NCBI GenBank assembly: GCA_963422395.1
Contig: OY729431.1
Location: forward strand, 224,001 to 288,000
Source of the DNA: Vicinamibacteria bacterium
GTDB lineage: Bacteria; Acidobacteriota; Vicinamibacteria; Marinacidobacterales; Marinacidobacteraceae
Direction: 5' to 3'
Length of the DNA: 64,000 nt
Both the position numbers and the translations under genes were made by a program. The notes under the pieces are model-generated. The model searched no databases and was not told where the DNA came from. It was given only the letters and a program-made list of their open reading frames with translations. Shown here one piece after another: positions 18,913 through 28,300 of this stretch; the first letter of the stretch is position 1, and each line of letters begins with the position of its first letter.

Positions 18913-19776
18913 TCATTCCGGAGGGCGGAGCCGTTCCGAGGGTCCTGCGCTCCCCGCCAGCGCTTCGACCGCATCCACCAGGAACCAGCCGCCGCAAGCA
19001 GTCCAGGCGCCTTCGAGGAAGACGACCGGCCCCTGTTCCAGACGGCGCCGGGCGACGGGATGCCGGGCGGCGCTCCAGGCGCCCTGGTGGGCCTCCGCAG
19101 CTTCGTAGAACGCCGCGGCGATCCGATCGGGGCGCTCATGGGCGAGCCGTTCCAGCGGGAGCTCCCGGTAGCCGGGCTCCTGCTGGAAGTTGGAGTAGCC
19201 GGCGGCCTCCAGCAGTTCGTGGACCAGTGTCCCCGGACCGGCTGTGACCCCGCCTGGAGTCATATAGAGCGCGGCACCTCGACGGCCGGCGCCAGAGACC
19301 GCGGCGAGGCGGGCGTCCATGGCCTCCACGAGAGCTCTCCCGCGTTTTCGGGCGTCGAGCGCGGCGGCGGTCTCGAGGATGACCTGGCGAACTCCCGAAA
19401 GGTCCGCGCCGAAGCCGATCTGGACCACCGGAACTCCGGCCCGTCCGAAGAAAGCGCCTGCGTGCGGGCCGCCGCCGTAGGACCGGACGATCAGATCCGG
19501 CGAGAGCGAGAGCACTTCTTCGGCGCGCGGCCGCACCTGAGGAAGCCCTCGAGCGCGCTCCCGCAGGTAGGAGAAGCTGGCCTGCGAATCCGGCGAGAGC
19601 GCAAGGATCCGTTCCCGCTCCACGAATTCGAGCACGAATTGATCGGCGCAGTAGTCGAGGCTCACCACCCGCCGCGGCTCCGCCACCACTGCGCCACCCC
19701 TTCCCTGCGGCGGGAAATCCCGACAGGCCGGAAGCGCGAGCGCCGCGAGGATCCAGCCGACGAGCAGCGGGAGCAA
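18913..19776 (-). CDS. BtuF-like substrate-binding lipoprotein
   Basis: RRVVSLDYCADQ, AEEVLSLSPDL, AWTACGG; lipobox LPAC; start uncertain (TTG 19776). Confidence 0.8.
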   Translation of the reverse strand: MLPLLVGWILAALALPACRDFPPQGRGGAVVAEPRRVVSLDYCADQFVLEFVERERILALSPDSQASFSYLRERARGLPQVRPRAEEVLSLSPDLIVRSYGGGPHAGAFFGRAGVPVVQIGFGADLSGVRQVILETAAALDARKRGRALVEAMDARLAAVSGAGRRGAALYMTPGGVTAGPGTLVHELLEAAGYSNFQQEPGYRELPLERLAHERPDRIAAAFYEAAEAHQGAWSAARHPVARRRLEQGPVVFLEGAWTACGGWFLVDAVEALAGSAGPSERLRPPE

Positions 19777-19794
19777 CCTGCGGGGGAGGCTACC

Positions 19795-20178
19795 ATGCGT
19801 CTCATGGCCCGGCCGGAGAAGAGCGACCGCTTCGGCGGCGTGCTCGCCGCGGTGTCGGAGGACCTCGTCGGCCTTTCCGAGACCCCGGAACTGGCTGCGG
19901 AATTGGCCGCCGAGCTCGACCGTTTGAGCACGGAGATCCGGAGCCTGCGTCCCGACTACCCGCTCGCCGCCGGGGTAGCGGCGGCGCTCCGGATGACCGA
20001 CGGGGCTGCCTCGGCGGCGGCGCCGCTGGTGAGGCTCGCCGCCGAGATCCTCGCGGATCACGCTCCGAGCTCCGGTTGGGGCCGCACCGATCTGCTGGAC
20101 TACTTCGAAGGCCTCGGTACCGAACGCACCGCTGGCTTCCTCGAGGAGGCCGCCCGGGTTCTCGCCCGTCGCAGGTAG
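19795..20178 (+). CDS. Hypothetical alpha-helical protein, 127 aa
   Basis: GGAGG 5 nt before ATG 19795; Ala/Leu/Glu-rich composition; fills the gap between two minus-strand genes. Confidence 0.55.
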   Translation: MRLMARPEKSDRFGGVLAAVSEDLVGLSETPELAAELAAELDRLSTEIRSLRPDYPLAAGVAAALRMTDGAASAAAPLVRLAAEILADHAPSSGWGRTDLLDYFEGLGTERTAGFLEEAARVLARRR

Positions 20179-20204
20179 AGATCTCACCCCGCCGCCGCGC
20201 GGGA

Positions 20205-22391
20205 TCAGAAGGTCTTCAGCCAGGTCAGCTTCATGACCCCGGTGCGGCGGGTCCAGCGGTGGATGCGCGGGTCCAGCGCGTCGTCGGTCAGGTAGCCGGT
20301 GTCCAGCACCAGAAAGAGGTCGCTCCCGGGAGTGTGGATCCAGTCCAGCCGGATGTTGGCCTGCAGCTCTTTCGAGAGGTTGTCCCACTGGACGAGCGCT
20401 CCGGAAAACAGCTTCCGGCTGACCGCAGCCTGGATGTCGAGCCCCACTAGCGTGGTGGTGAAGCCGCCGTCCGGCACCGGAAGCGAAACTTCGTTCCGCG
20501 CGATCCGGCCGGCGAGCGTGAGGTGAGGCCCGGTCTTGAGGCTCAACCCGCCGGCGAGGCGAGTGCGCCGGCCGCCCCAGAAGCTCCCGATGGCGGTATC
20601 CGCGGACACGGAGAACATCCGGCTGTCGTTCGTGCGCGCACCCACCTCCCACGACCGGAACCGATAGTCGCCGGGAGCCAGGACCCGGCCGCTGATCGAA
20701 GCCGGGCCGTGGAGCCGCTCGAACCGGTCGTCGAGGGTGAGCAGGACGGCTTCGCCCGATTCGAACTCGAAACTCAGGTGCGAGCCGGCCTGGCGCGACT
20801 GCAGCTCGCCGTCGGTTCCCTCGGTCCGGTCTCCGCCCACCCAGACCGACGCGCGCCGCGCCCAGCCGCTCCCTTCGAAGCGGGGCTTGAAGGCGGTCCA
20901 GAGATACCACTGGTCCTGGTCCGGCCGCCGCACGAACCCGAGTCCCGGATCGAACGCCTCGCCGATGTGGGTGCGGCGCAGGCGGAGGGCGTAGCGGTCG
21001 TTCTCCAGCGCCAGGGCTGCCCGCGCCGCGCCCGCGTCCATTCCCGGCTCGCCGTCTGCTCCAGAAAGCAGCCGGGCCCCCCAGAGCCGAAGCTCGGAGC
21101 TGCTCCAGAAGCGGGCGGCGAAGTCGGCGCCGGCGACCCGGTTCGTGCCGCCGCCGCTTCGGTCGAGGCTGGTCAGGATTCCTCCCACCGTGGTCCGTTC
21201 GCCGAGGTTCGCCTGCAGCCGGACCACGGAGTTCCAGGCGGCGGCGCCCGCTTTCCCGCCGCTGCCGGAGTCGTCGGTGCGGAGGGTGAGAGCTCCGATG
21301 GAGATCGGGCCGGCCTGGCCGGTGAGCCGTCCGCCGCCGAGGATGTTCCCGTCGAGGCCGACGCGGCGACTGAAGAAGACCTCGGTCTCCCCGGGGGTCC
21401 CGAACTGGAAGAGGCCGGCGCGTTCGAGGAAGAACTCCCGTTTCTCGGGGAAGAAGAGGTCGAAACGGGTCAGATTGATCTGGACATTGTCGGTCTCGAC
21501 CTGGGCGAAATCCGTGTTCCAGGTCAGATCGAGGGTGAGGTTCGATGTCAGCCGGTACTTGAGGTCCGCGCCGGCCCGCGACTCGCGCTCGATCCCGGTT
21601 TCCCCCGCGGATTGCTGACCGCCCAGCGTCGCGTAGGGCTTCAGTTCGAGGTGCCGGCCGCGGCGTACTCCCCGGAGGCCGGTGAGGGGCGCGTATCGGG
21701 ATACCTGCGCGATGCCCGCCCGGTAGTCTTGGCCGATGTGCGGCCAGACGACGGTCTCGTTCTTCCGCCGGATCGAGCGCAGGAACGCGATCCCCATGAC
21801 CGGCTCCTCCACATCGGCGAACCGGATCGTGGTGAAGGGGATCGCCATTTCGAGAACCCATCCCCTGGGGTTCACGGTCGTCTCGGTCGTGAACACGCCG
21901 TCCCAGTTCCAGTCTTCCCGGTCGAGGCTCTCGTCGGAGAGCAGAGCGTCGTCCTGGGTGCCGAGCGCCCCCACTTCGAAGATGTAGGCGTTCCGCCGGT
22001 CGTGGTAGGTATCGAGGCCGAGGATCACCCGGTCGTCCTTGTCGATCCGTCCGCCTCGCTGCAGGATGGCGCGGCGGATCCGGTCGGGCTCGCTATCGAA
22101 CAGCGAGAACCCGAGATAGAGCGCGTCTTCGTCGTAGGCGATCCGGACTTCGGTCCGTTCGCTCGCCGGCGCTCCGTCCACCGGGTCGCGCTGCCGGAAA
22201 TCGGTGATCGGAGAGATCGCCGCCCAAAACGGCTCGTCGAGCACGCCGTCTATCCGAGGGGGAGTCTCGATGCGGGTGGCGTGCGCGGCCGGTTCCGCGG
22301 CCGTGAGGGGCTGCCGCTCGCTGGCGAGAGCCCCCTTCGCCGAATTACAGGCGGCGAGCGCCGCGAGCGACAGGGCGGCGGCGCGGTGCAT
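20205..22391 (-). CDS. CBM9-like plus DUF5916 outer-membrane protein
   Basis: PRIDGVLDEPFW, TEVRIAYDEDALY, NTDFAQVETD, FFPEKREFFLE; C-terminal Phe (KLTWLKTF). Confidence 0.85.
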   Translation of the reverse strand: MHRAAALSLAALAACNSAKGALASERQPLTAAEPAAHATRIETPPRIDGVLDEPFWAAISPITDFRQRDPVDGAPASERTEVRIAYDEDALYLGFSLFDSEPDRIRRAILQRGGRIDKDDRVILGLDTYHDRRNAYIFEVGALGTQDDALLSDESLDREDWNWDGVFTTETTVNPRGWVLEMAIPFTTIRFADVEEPVMGIAFLRSIRRKNETVVWPHIGQDYRAGIAQVSRYAPLTGLRGVRRGRHLELKPYATLGGQQSAGETGIERESRAGADLKYRLTSNLTLDLTWNTDFAQVETDNVQINLTRFDLFFPEKREFFLERAGLFQFGTPGETEVFFSRRVGLDGNILGGGRLTGQAGPISIGALTLRTDDSGSGGKAGAAAWNSVVRLQANLGERTTVGGILTSLDRSGGGTNRVAGADFAARFWSSSELRLWGARLLSGADGEPGMDAGAARAALALENDRYALRLRRTHIGEAFDPGLGFVRRPDQDQWYLWTAFKPRFEGSGWARRASVWVGGDRTEGTDGELQSRQAGSHLSFEFESGEAVLLTLDDRFERLHGPASISGRVLAPGDYRFRSWEVGARTNDSRMFSVSADTAIGSFWGGRRTRLAGGLSLKTGPHLTLAGRIARNEVSLPVPDGGFTTTLVGLDIQAAVSRKLFSGALVQWDNLSKELQANIRLDWIHTPGSDLFLVLDTGYLTDDALDPRIHRWTRRTGVMKLTWLKTF

Positions 22392-22632
22392 TCGCAGGCA
22401 GGAGCTGTCCGGGATCGGACCCCTCGCTGCCGCACCGAAGACCGGTCGTGCTGCCGATGCGCAGGATCGCCGGGTCCGAGCGGTTCGGCGGCGCGCATGG
22501 TACGCCGCCCTTGCCGGCGGCGTCGGAATTACACTGGAGGCATGCCGGAGTCCCGCCGCAGGTTCGCATGAGTGCCGGTACCCCGAGTCCATTCGTGAAG
22601 CGGTCCGCGGCCGTTCGTTCCGGAGGTACCCC

Positions 22633-23931
22633 ATGCTGCAACGGATTCATGTGAAGGGTTACAAGTCTCTTCACGATGTGGAAACCTCGTTGCCGCAGCT
22701 CGTCGTCCTGTTCGGACCCAACGCGGCCGGGAAGAGCAACTTCCTGGACGCCCTGCAGCTTCTGGCGAGCCTCGGAACGAGCGACACCCTCAAGGACGCC
22801 TTCGATCCGCCGTATCGCGGCAAGGCGATCGAGTCGTTCACCATCGGAGATCATGGGATCAAGGGGCTGATCGAGCAGGAGCGGCTGACTTTCTCCATCG
22901 AAGCCGACATGGAGCTGTCGCGTGCGGTCGTGGATTCGGTGGACCGGCAGATTCGTGCGATGCGTCAGCCAGGCGGCCAGCCGGCGCCAGGCAAGGCGGC
23001 GAAACCACCGTCTCGCGTTCGCGAGAAGAGCCTGAGGTATCGCGTCGAGATCGAGATGCTGCCGGCGTCTGGAATCCTGCGGGTCGCCGACGAGTACCTG
23101 GCGGCTCTGAACTCGAAAGGCGAGCCGACCAAAAGCCGGAAACCCTTTCTGGAGCGACAGGGCGAGAAGATCCACCTGCGGCTCGAAGGACAGGCGCATC
23201 CCACCTACTACGACCTCCGCCTCGACCGGACGATCCTCTCGATGCCGCACTACCCGCCACACCATCCGCATCTGGTGGCGGCGCGCCGGGAGCTCGAAAG
23301 CTGGCTCTTCTTCTACTTCGAGCCGCGCGAACGGATGCGCGCGCTCAACCCTATCAAGGAAACGCGCCACATCGGGTTCATGGGCGAGGATCTGGCCGCC
23401 TTTCTCCGAACGCTTCAGGCGCTCGATTCTCGGCAGTTCGAAGCGGTGGAACGGTCCCTGAAACTGCTGATTCCGAATATGGACGGCATCGAACCGGCAG
23501 TGAACGATCTGGGTGAGGTCGAGCTTCGCTTGCGGGAAAACGGCGTCGCCATCCCGGCGCGAGTGCTGTCCGAGGGAACCCTGCGGATGCTCGGGCTGCT
23601 TGCGCTCGGCGGCGTCGCCGAGCCGCCATCGCTCGCAGGGTTCGAAGAGCCGGAAAACGGCGTTCATCCGCGCCGGATCGAGCTGATCGCGGAGCTTCTG
23701 AAAACGCGCCGGAGCATCGGCGAGACCCAGTACATCGTCACCACGCACTCGCCGGTCCTGCTGGACTGGCTTCCGGAAGCATCCCTCTTCGCGGTGAGCG
23801 CGGACGCGCGGCGGACGCGCGTCCGCCCGTTGCGGGTGATCGGACCGCTTCACCGGAGGAGGCAGGTTTCCGACGCGTTGGATGAGCTCCCGGTCTCGGA
23901 TCGCGTGCTGCGCGGAGACTTCGATGCGTGA
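22633..23931 (+). CDS. AAA_21-type ABC ATPase (defence-associated)
   Basis: GGAGG RBS; GPNAAGKSN Walker A, LSEGT signature, FEEPENGVHP Walker B/D-loop, TTHSP H-loop; no TM segments. Confidence 0.88.
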   Translation: MLQRIHVKGYKSLHDVETSLPQLVVLFGPNAAGKSNFLDALQLLASLGTSDTLKDAFDPPYRGKAIESFTIGDHGIKGLIEQERLTFSIEADMELSRAVVDSVDRQIRAMRQPGGQPAPGKAAKPPSRVREKSLRYRVEIEMLPASGILRVADEYLAALNSKGEPTKSRKPFLERQGEKIHLRLEGQAHPTYYDLRLDRTILSMPHYPPHHPHLVAARRELESWLFFYFEPRERMRALNPIKETRHIGFMGEDLAAFLRTLQALDSRQFEAVERSLKLLIPNMDGIEPAVNDLGEVELRLRENGVAIPARVLSEGTLRMLGLLALGGVAEPPSLAGFEEPENGVHPRRIELIAELLKTRRSIGETQYIVTTHSPVLLDWLPEASLFAVSADARRTRVRPLRVIGPLHRRRQVSDALDELPVSDRVLRGDFDA

Positions 23932-24502
23932 TGTCGTGCTGTTCGGGGAGGACACCGCTCATCGGGAAATCGTCGGACGCATCGTTCAACGTCTCGCTCG
24001 ACAGCACGATGTGGTCGTGGAGCTCGACTGGAGGACCGCTGTGGGAGGGCATGGCAGAGTCGTCGAGGGGGTCCAAGCCTACTTGCGCGATCTCGAGTGG
24101 CACGAGTCTCTTCCCGATCTGATCGTCGTCGCCGCCGACGCCAACTGCAAAGGACGGAACGAGCGGCTGAAAGAGATTCGGCCGCCGGCGCCGCCGGCAC
24201 CGATGGTTTTCGCCATTCCCGATCCTCACATCGAGCGCTGGCTGCTTCTCGACGGTGCTGCATTCAAGGCCGTGCTCGGCCGCGGCTGTCAGGCGCCCGA
24301 CCTGAAATGTGACCGCGGCCGCTACAAGGAACTGCTGATCAAGGCCGTGATGGATGCCGGAGTCCGCCCGAACCTCGGCGGCATCGAGTTCGCAGACGAC
24401 ATCATGAGGAAGATGGATCTTTTCCGCGCCGCCGGGATGGACGCTTCGTTCCGGCATTTCATGGAGGATTTCTCGCGTATCCTCCGGACTTGGGCATCCT
24501 GA
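23924..24502 (+). CDS. TOPRIM-like partner protein (DUF4276/RloB-like)
   Basis: Overlaps the ATPase stop by 8 nt; VLFGED, IVVAADAN and PHIERWLL match the pattern of TOPRIM-type partners of ABC ATPases. Confidence 0.65.
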   Translation: MRDVVLFGEDTAHREIVGRIVQRLARQHDVVVELDWRTAVGGHGRVVEGVQAYLRDLEWHESLPDLIVVAADANCKGRNERLKEIRPPAPPAPMVFAIPDPHIERWLLLDGAAFKAVLGRGCQAPDLKCDRGRYKELLIKAVMDAGVRPNLGGIEFADDIMRKMDLFRAAGMDASFRHFMEDFSRILRTWAS

Positions 24503-25245
24503 TGGCAGACCTCCGGCTCCCGGTGCGCGGCTCCGCGGAGAGGCGCGTTCGCACGGTTTCGGACCGTGTCCGGAATCTCCTGATCCGTCGGTTCGGGGCC
24601 GCGGTGCTGACGGCCGCCGCTTTCGGGCTCTCGGCGGCAGCCCCTGCTTCAGGGGGGCAGCACGGGGAACGGACGGTGCGGGTCGTCCTCGAGACCGCTC
24701 TCGGCGAGGTCGAGGTGGCGCTCTATCCCGAACGAGCCCCGCTCTCGGCGGCGCAGTTCCTCCGGTATGTGGACGGAGGGCACTACGACGGCGCCGCTTT
24801 CTACCGCGCCACCCACACTGCTTCAGGGGATGCCCACGATGTGGTGCAGGGGGGATTGCGCAGCCTGCCCCTGCTCACCGGCTCCGAAGGGGGTGCGGAG
24901 GCCGAGCTGCCGTTCCCGCCCGTCGCGCACGAGACCACCGGCGCCACCGGAATGAGCAACGAACGGGGCGTCCTCTCCTACGCCCGGAACGGACCGGGCA
25001 CTGCGAATTCGGAGTTCTTCTTCAATCTCGGGAACAACCGCGTTCTGGATACCGGCGCGGGCGATCCGGGCCGGGACGACTTCGGCTACGCGACTTTCGG
25101 GCGGGTGCTCCGAGGCCTGGAAGTGCTCGACGCGATCCACCGGCTGCCGACGGATGCGCCCGCGTCCAACGAGGTCGTCCAAGGGCAGATCCTGAACGAG
25201 CCGGTGAAAATCCTCCGCGTGCGCCGCTCCGAATCGATGCGCTGA
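24502..25245 (+). CDS. Cyclophilin-type peptidyl-prolyl isomerase, exported
   Basis: APLSAAQFLRYVDGGHYDG, VVQGG, ARNGPGTANSEFFFN, GYATFGRV. Confidence 0.9.
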   Translation: MADLRLPVRGSAERRVRTVSDRVRNLLIRRFGAAVLTAAAFGLSAAAPASGGQHGERTVRVVLETALGEVEVALYPERAPLSAAQFLRYVDGGHYDGAAFYRATHTASGDAHDVVQGGLRSLPLLTGSEGGAEAELPFPPVAHETTGATGMSNERGVLSYARNGPGTANSEFFFNLGNNRVLDTGAGDPGRDDFGYATFGRVLRGLEVLDAIHRLPTDAPASNEVVQGQILNEPVKILRVRRSESMR

Positions 25246-25309
25246 CCAGCCCCGCGCCGGCGGCGGCCGCACCGTAAACGGCGTCCAACAGCCCCACCTC
25301 CACAGGCTG

Positions 25310-28300
25310 TCAGCAGCAGCGCAGCTCGTTCGCACGCCGCTCCAGTCGCCCCGCTGCGACCAGTTGCGCCGCCATCTGCTCGACCAGGGCTCTCATGTCC
25401 CTTCCCGGGCGAAGGTCGAAGATCCGTGCCACCTCGTCTGCACACTCGGGCGCCGAGATGCCGACGCTTCGTTCGACCGCCAGGAGGATCGCCGTTCGCA
25501 CTTCCGCGGGGGGAAGCCTCTCGACCTTGCGGAGACCCGCGGACCCCACGGCTCGGCGGTCCCTGACCGGCACTTCCTGGTCCTCGACCCGGCGGTGGAG
25601 GAAGCGGTCGGCTTCGCCGCCGTTCCAGTGGATGCGGCGCATTTCGACCGCCCGTCGAATGGCTGCCTCCACGCTGGACCGGATCCTCGATCCCGTCCGC
25701 CGGTAGCCCCAGAGGGAACAGAGCCGCCTGACGACCTCGTCCTCGTGGACGGGTCCCTCGACCTCCACGATCTGCGCTACGTGTCGTTCCAGACAGGCAG
25801 GTTCAGCTTCCCACAGCTCGCATCCACCGCTCTCCGGGATCACGAAGTCCGATTCCCGATACGGGCGCAGGTCCAGGCTTCGGCCCGGCGCCCCTTCCGA
25901 GCGCACCACCGGCGTTTGCGGCGGGGGCGCCGCCCCGCTTCCGGCGGAGGCGCCCCCGGTTCTCGTCCGCTCGATGGCTTCGAGCAGTTTTTCCAGCTCG
26001 CGGTCACGGCCGTAGAACCAGTCGGTGCTCCAGATCCGGTGGAAAGTCCACCCTTTCTGCTCGAGCACGCTCTGGCGCAGGCGGTCCCGCTCGCGAGCCC
26101 AGTTCGAAGAGTGATACCGAGCTCCGTCGCATTCCACCGCGAGCAGGAATCGCCCTGCGTCGTCCGGGTCGTACACCGCGAGGTCGATGCGGAAGCCGGC
26201 GGAACCTACCTGGGCAGCCACCCGATACCCGTGGCTCTGCAGTGCGCTGGCGACTGCCTCCTCGAAAGGGCTGTCCGGCTCGCCGCCGGTCGGAATCGGA
26301 ATGTCCATCTCACCGGTTTCGGCGTATTGCAGGTATCGCTTCAGTACGCGCGGGCCGGCGCGGCGCGCCGTGTCGAGCCGGATGTCGTCGTGCCGGATCG
26401 AAGCGAAGACGCGGCACGACTTGCGCGCCCGAGTGAACAGCACATTGAGCCGCCGCTCTCCTCCCTCGCTCGAAACCGGCCCGAAGTTCTGCGAAAAGTA
26501 GCCGTCCTCGTCCTTTCCGTAGCCGATCGAGATGAAGATCACATCCCGCTCGTCGCCCTGGACATTCTCGAGATTCTTCACGAAGAACGCTTCGTCCTCG
26601 CCTTCTCGGCAAAACGCCTCGAGCTCGGAGAATTCGGCCCGCCGGAACTCCATCCGGTTGCGGATCGCGTCGCGCTGCGCCACCGAAAGCGCCACCACGC
26701 CGAGGGTTTCTCCGGGGTGTTCTCGGGCGTGGACGAGCACCGCTTCGGCGACCGCCTCGGCCTCCTCGGGGTTCCGGCGGCTCCTGCCCCGCTCATAGAC
26801 CCCGTTCACCGGGACGAAGCTCAGCCCGGTTCGATCTCCCGAACTGCGGGGGCTCGGCGGGAAGACCAAGCGGTCTTCGTAGAACTCGTGGTTCGAGACC
26901 GCGATCAACGAGGGATGTTGGGACCGGTAATGCCAGCGCAGCATGCCCCCCGGCATCCCCCGCGCCTCGCACAGCGACAGGATGCTCTCCATGTCGCCCG
27001 CCTGGACGGCGTAGGGGTCCTCGTCGTCCTCTTCGACGGCCACTTCCCGATCGAAGAAGGAGGTCGGCGGCAGCTGCTTCTGGTCGCCGACGACGACGAG
27101 CTGGCGGCAGCGCATCACCGCACCCATCGCATCGGCGGGGCGGACCTGACTCGCTTCGTCGATCAGCAGGAGGTCGAAAGTGAGCCTTCCGGGTTTCAGG
27201 TACTGGGCGATCGAGAGCGGGCTCATCAGGAAGACCGGCTTGATGGCGGCGACCGCCTCCCCGGCATCGTCCAGGAGCTGCCGCAGCTTCAGGTGCCGCT
27301 TCTTCTTGGCGAGCTCTCTGCGAACGAGGCCGATCTGTCCGGCGGCTCCGAGGGGCAGCGCCTGGAAGTGCTTCAGGGCGACCTGCCCTGCGGTCAGATC
27401 CAGGAGCTTCCGGTCGAGAGCCTTGAATTCTTCGACCTTCCGGGTTCGGTCCTCCCCGTCGATCGAATCGAGCTGTGGTTCGCCGGCGCGCAGGCGATTC
27501 CACACCGCTTCGGCGCGCACCCATTCCAAGGTCTGGCCAGCGTGCTCGACGCTCAGTCGTCCCTCTGCCAGGTGTTCCCGAAATTCGTCGAGGCCCAACT
27601 CGGAAACACCACGGGCCGCCGCGCTCAGCCGGTGCCAGTCCTCGGCCCCTTGCGGGTCTGCCGCCCAGGAGCTCAAGCGTTCCCGGAGCGTGACGAGCGG
27701 GATCGCCTCGGCATTCTCCACTCCGAAGGTCTCTTTCAGGTCGAGCTCCACGAGGGCGGCGATCTCGTCCCAGGCGGCCGGCCACGCCGAGAGGGCTTTC
27801 TGCAGGCGTCCGGCGAGCGAGCGGAGGGCGCTTTTCGGAGGAATCGCCGCCAGTTGCTCCCGGGCCGCGGCCGCCGATCCGAGCCGCTCGGCTTGCGCTG
27901 CTGCCCAACGAAGCGCAGGCAACAGGGTTTCGACTTTCGTTTCCTCGTCCGACCAGGAGTGGCCGAAAATCTCCCGTCCGGCGGGGGCGTCGTCCTGACG
28001 GATCGCTTCGGCCGACCGGCGGCATTCGAGGAGTCGGTCGAGCAACGCGAGCCGTTCGCGGTGATCCAGCTTTCGATCAGCGGATCGCTGTGCCGAGCGG
28101 AGCTGGCCGGCGGCATCCCGATATCCGGCGTCGAACCAGCGGAACCACCCCTTCCCGCTCTGGGCGATGCGGCTGCGGACTTCGTCCCACTCCTGCGAAA
28201 GCGCGTTCTCCGTGACCTCGGACCGCAATCCATCGCGAAGCGACTGAAAGGAGTGGACGGTCTGGCAGAGGGTGATGGATCGATCGAGACGGCTGAAGAG

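Noticed and set aside
19777-21861. Long N-terminal extension of the BtuF-like ORF (982 aa)
   Set aside because: Off-frame overlap with the DUF5916 gene and antisense to the 19795 ORF; the lipobox places the real start near 19776.
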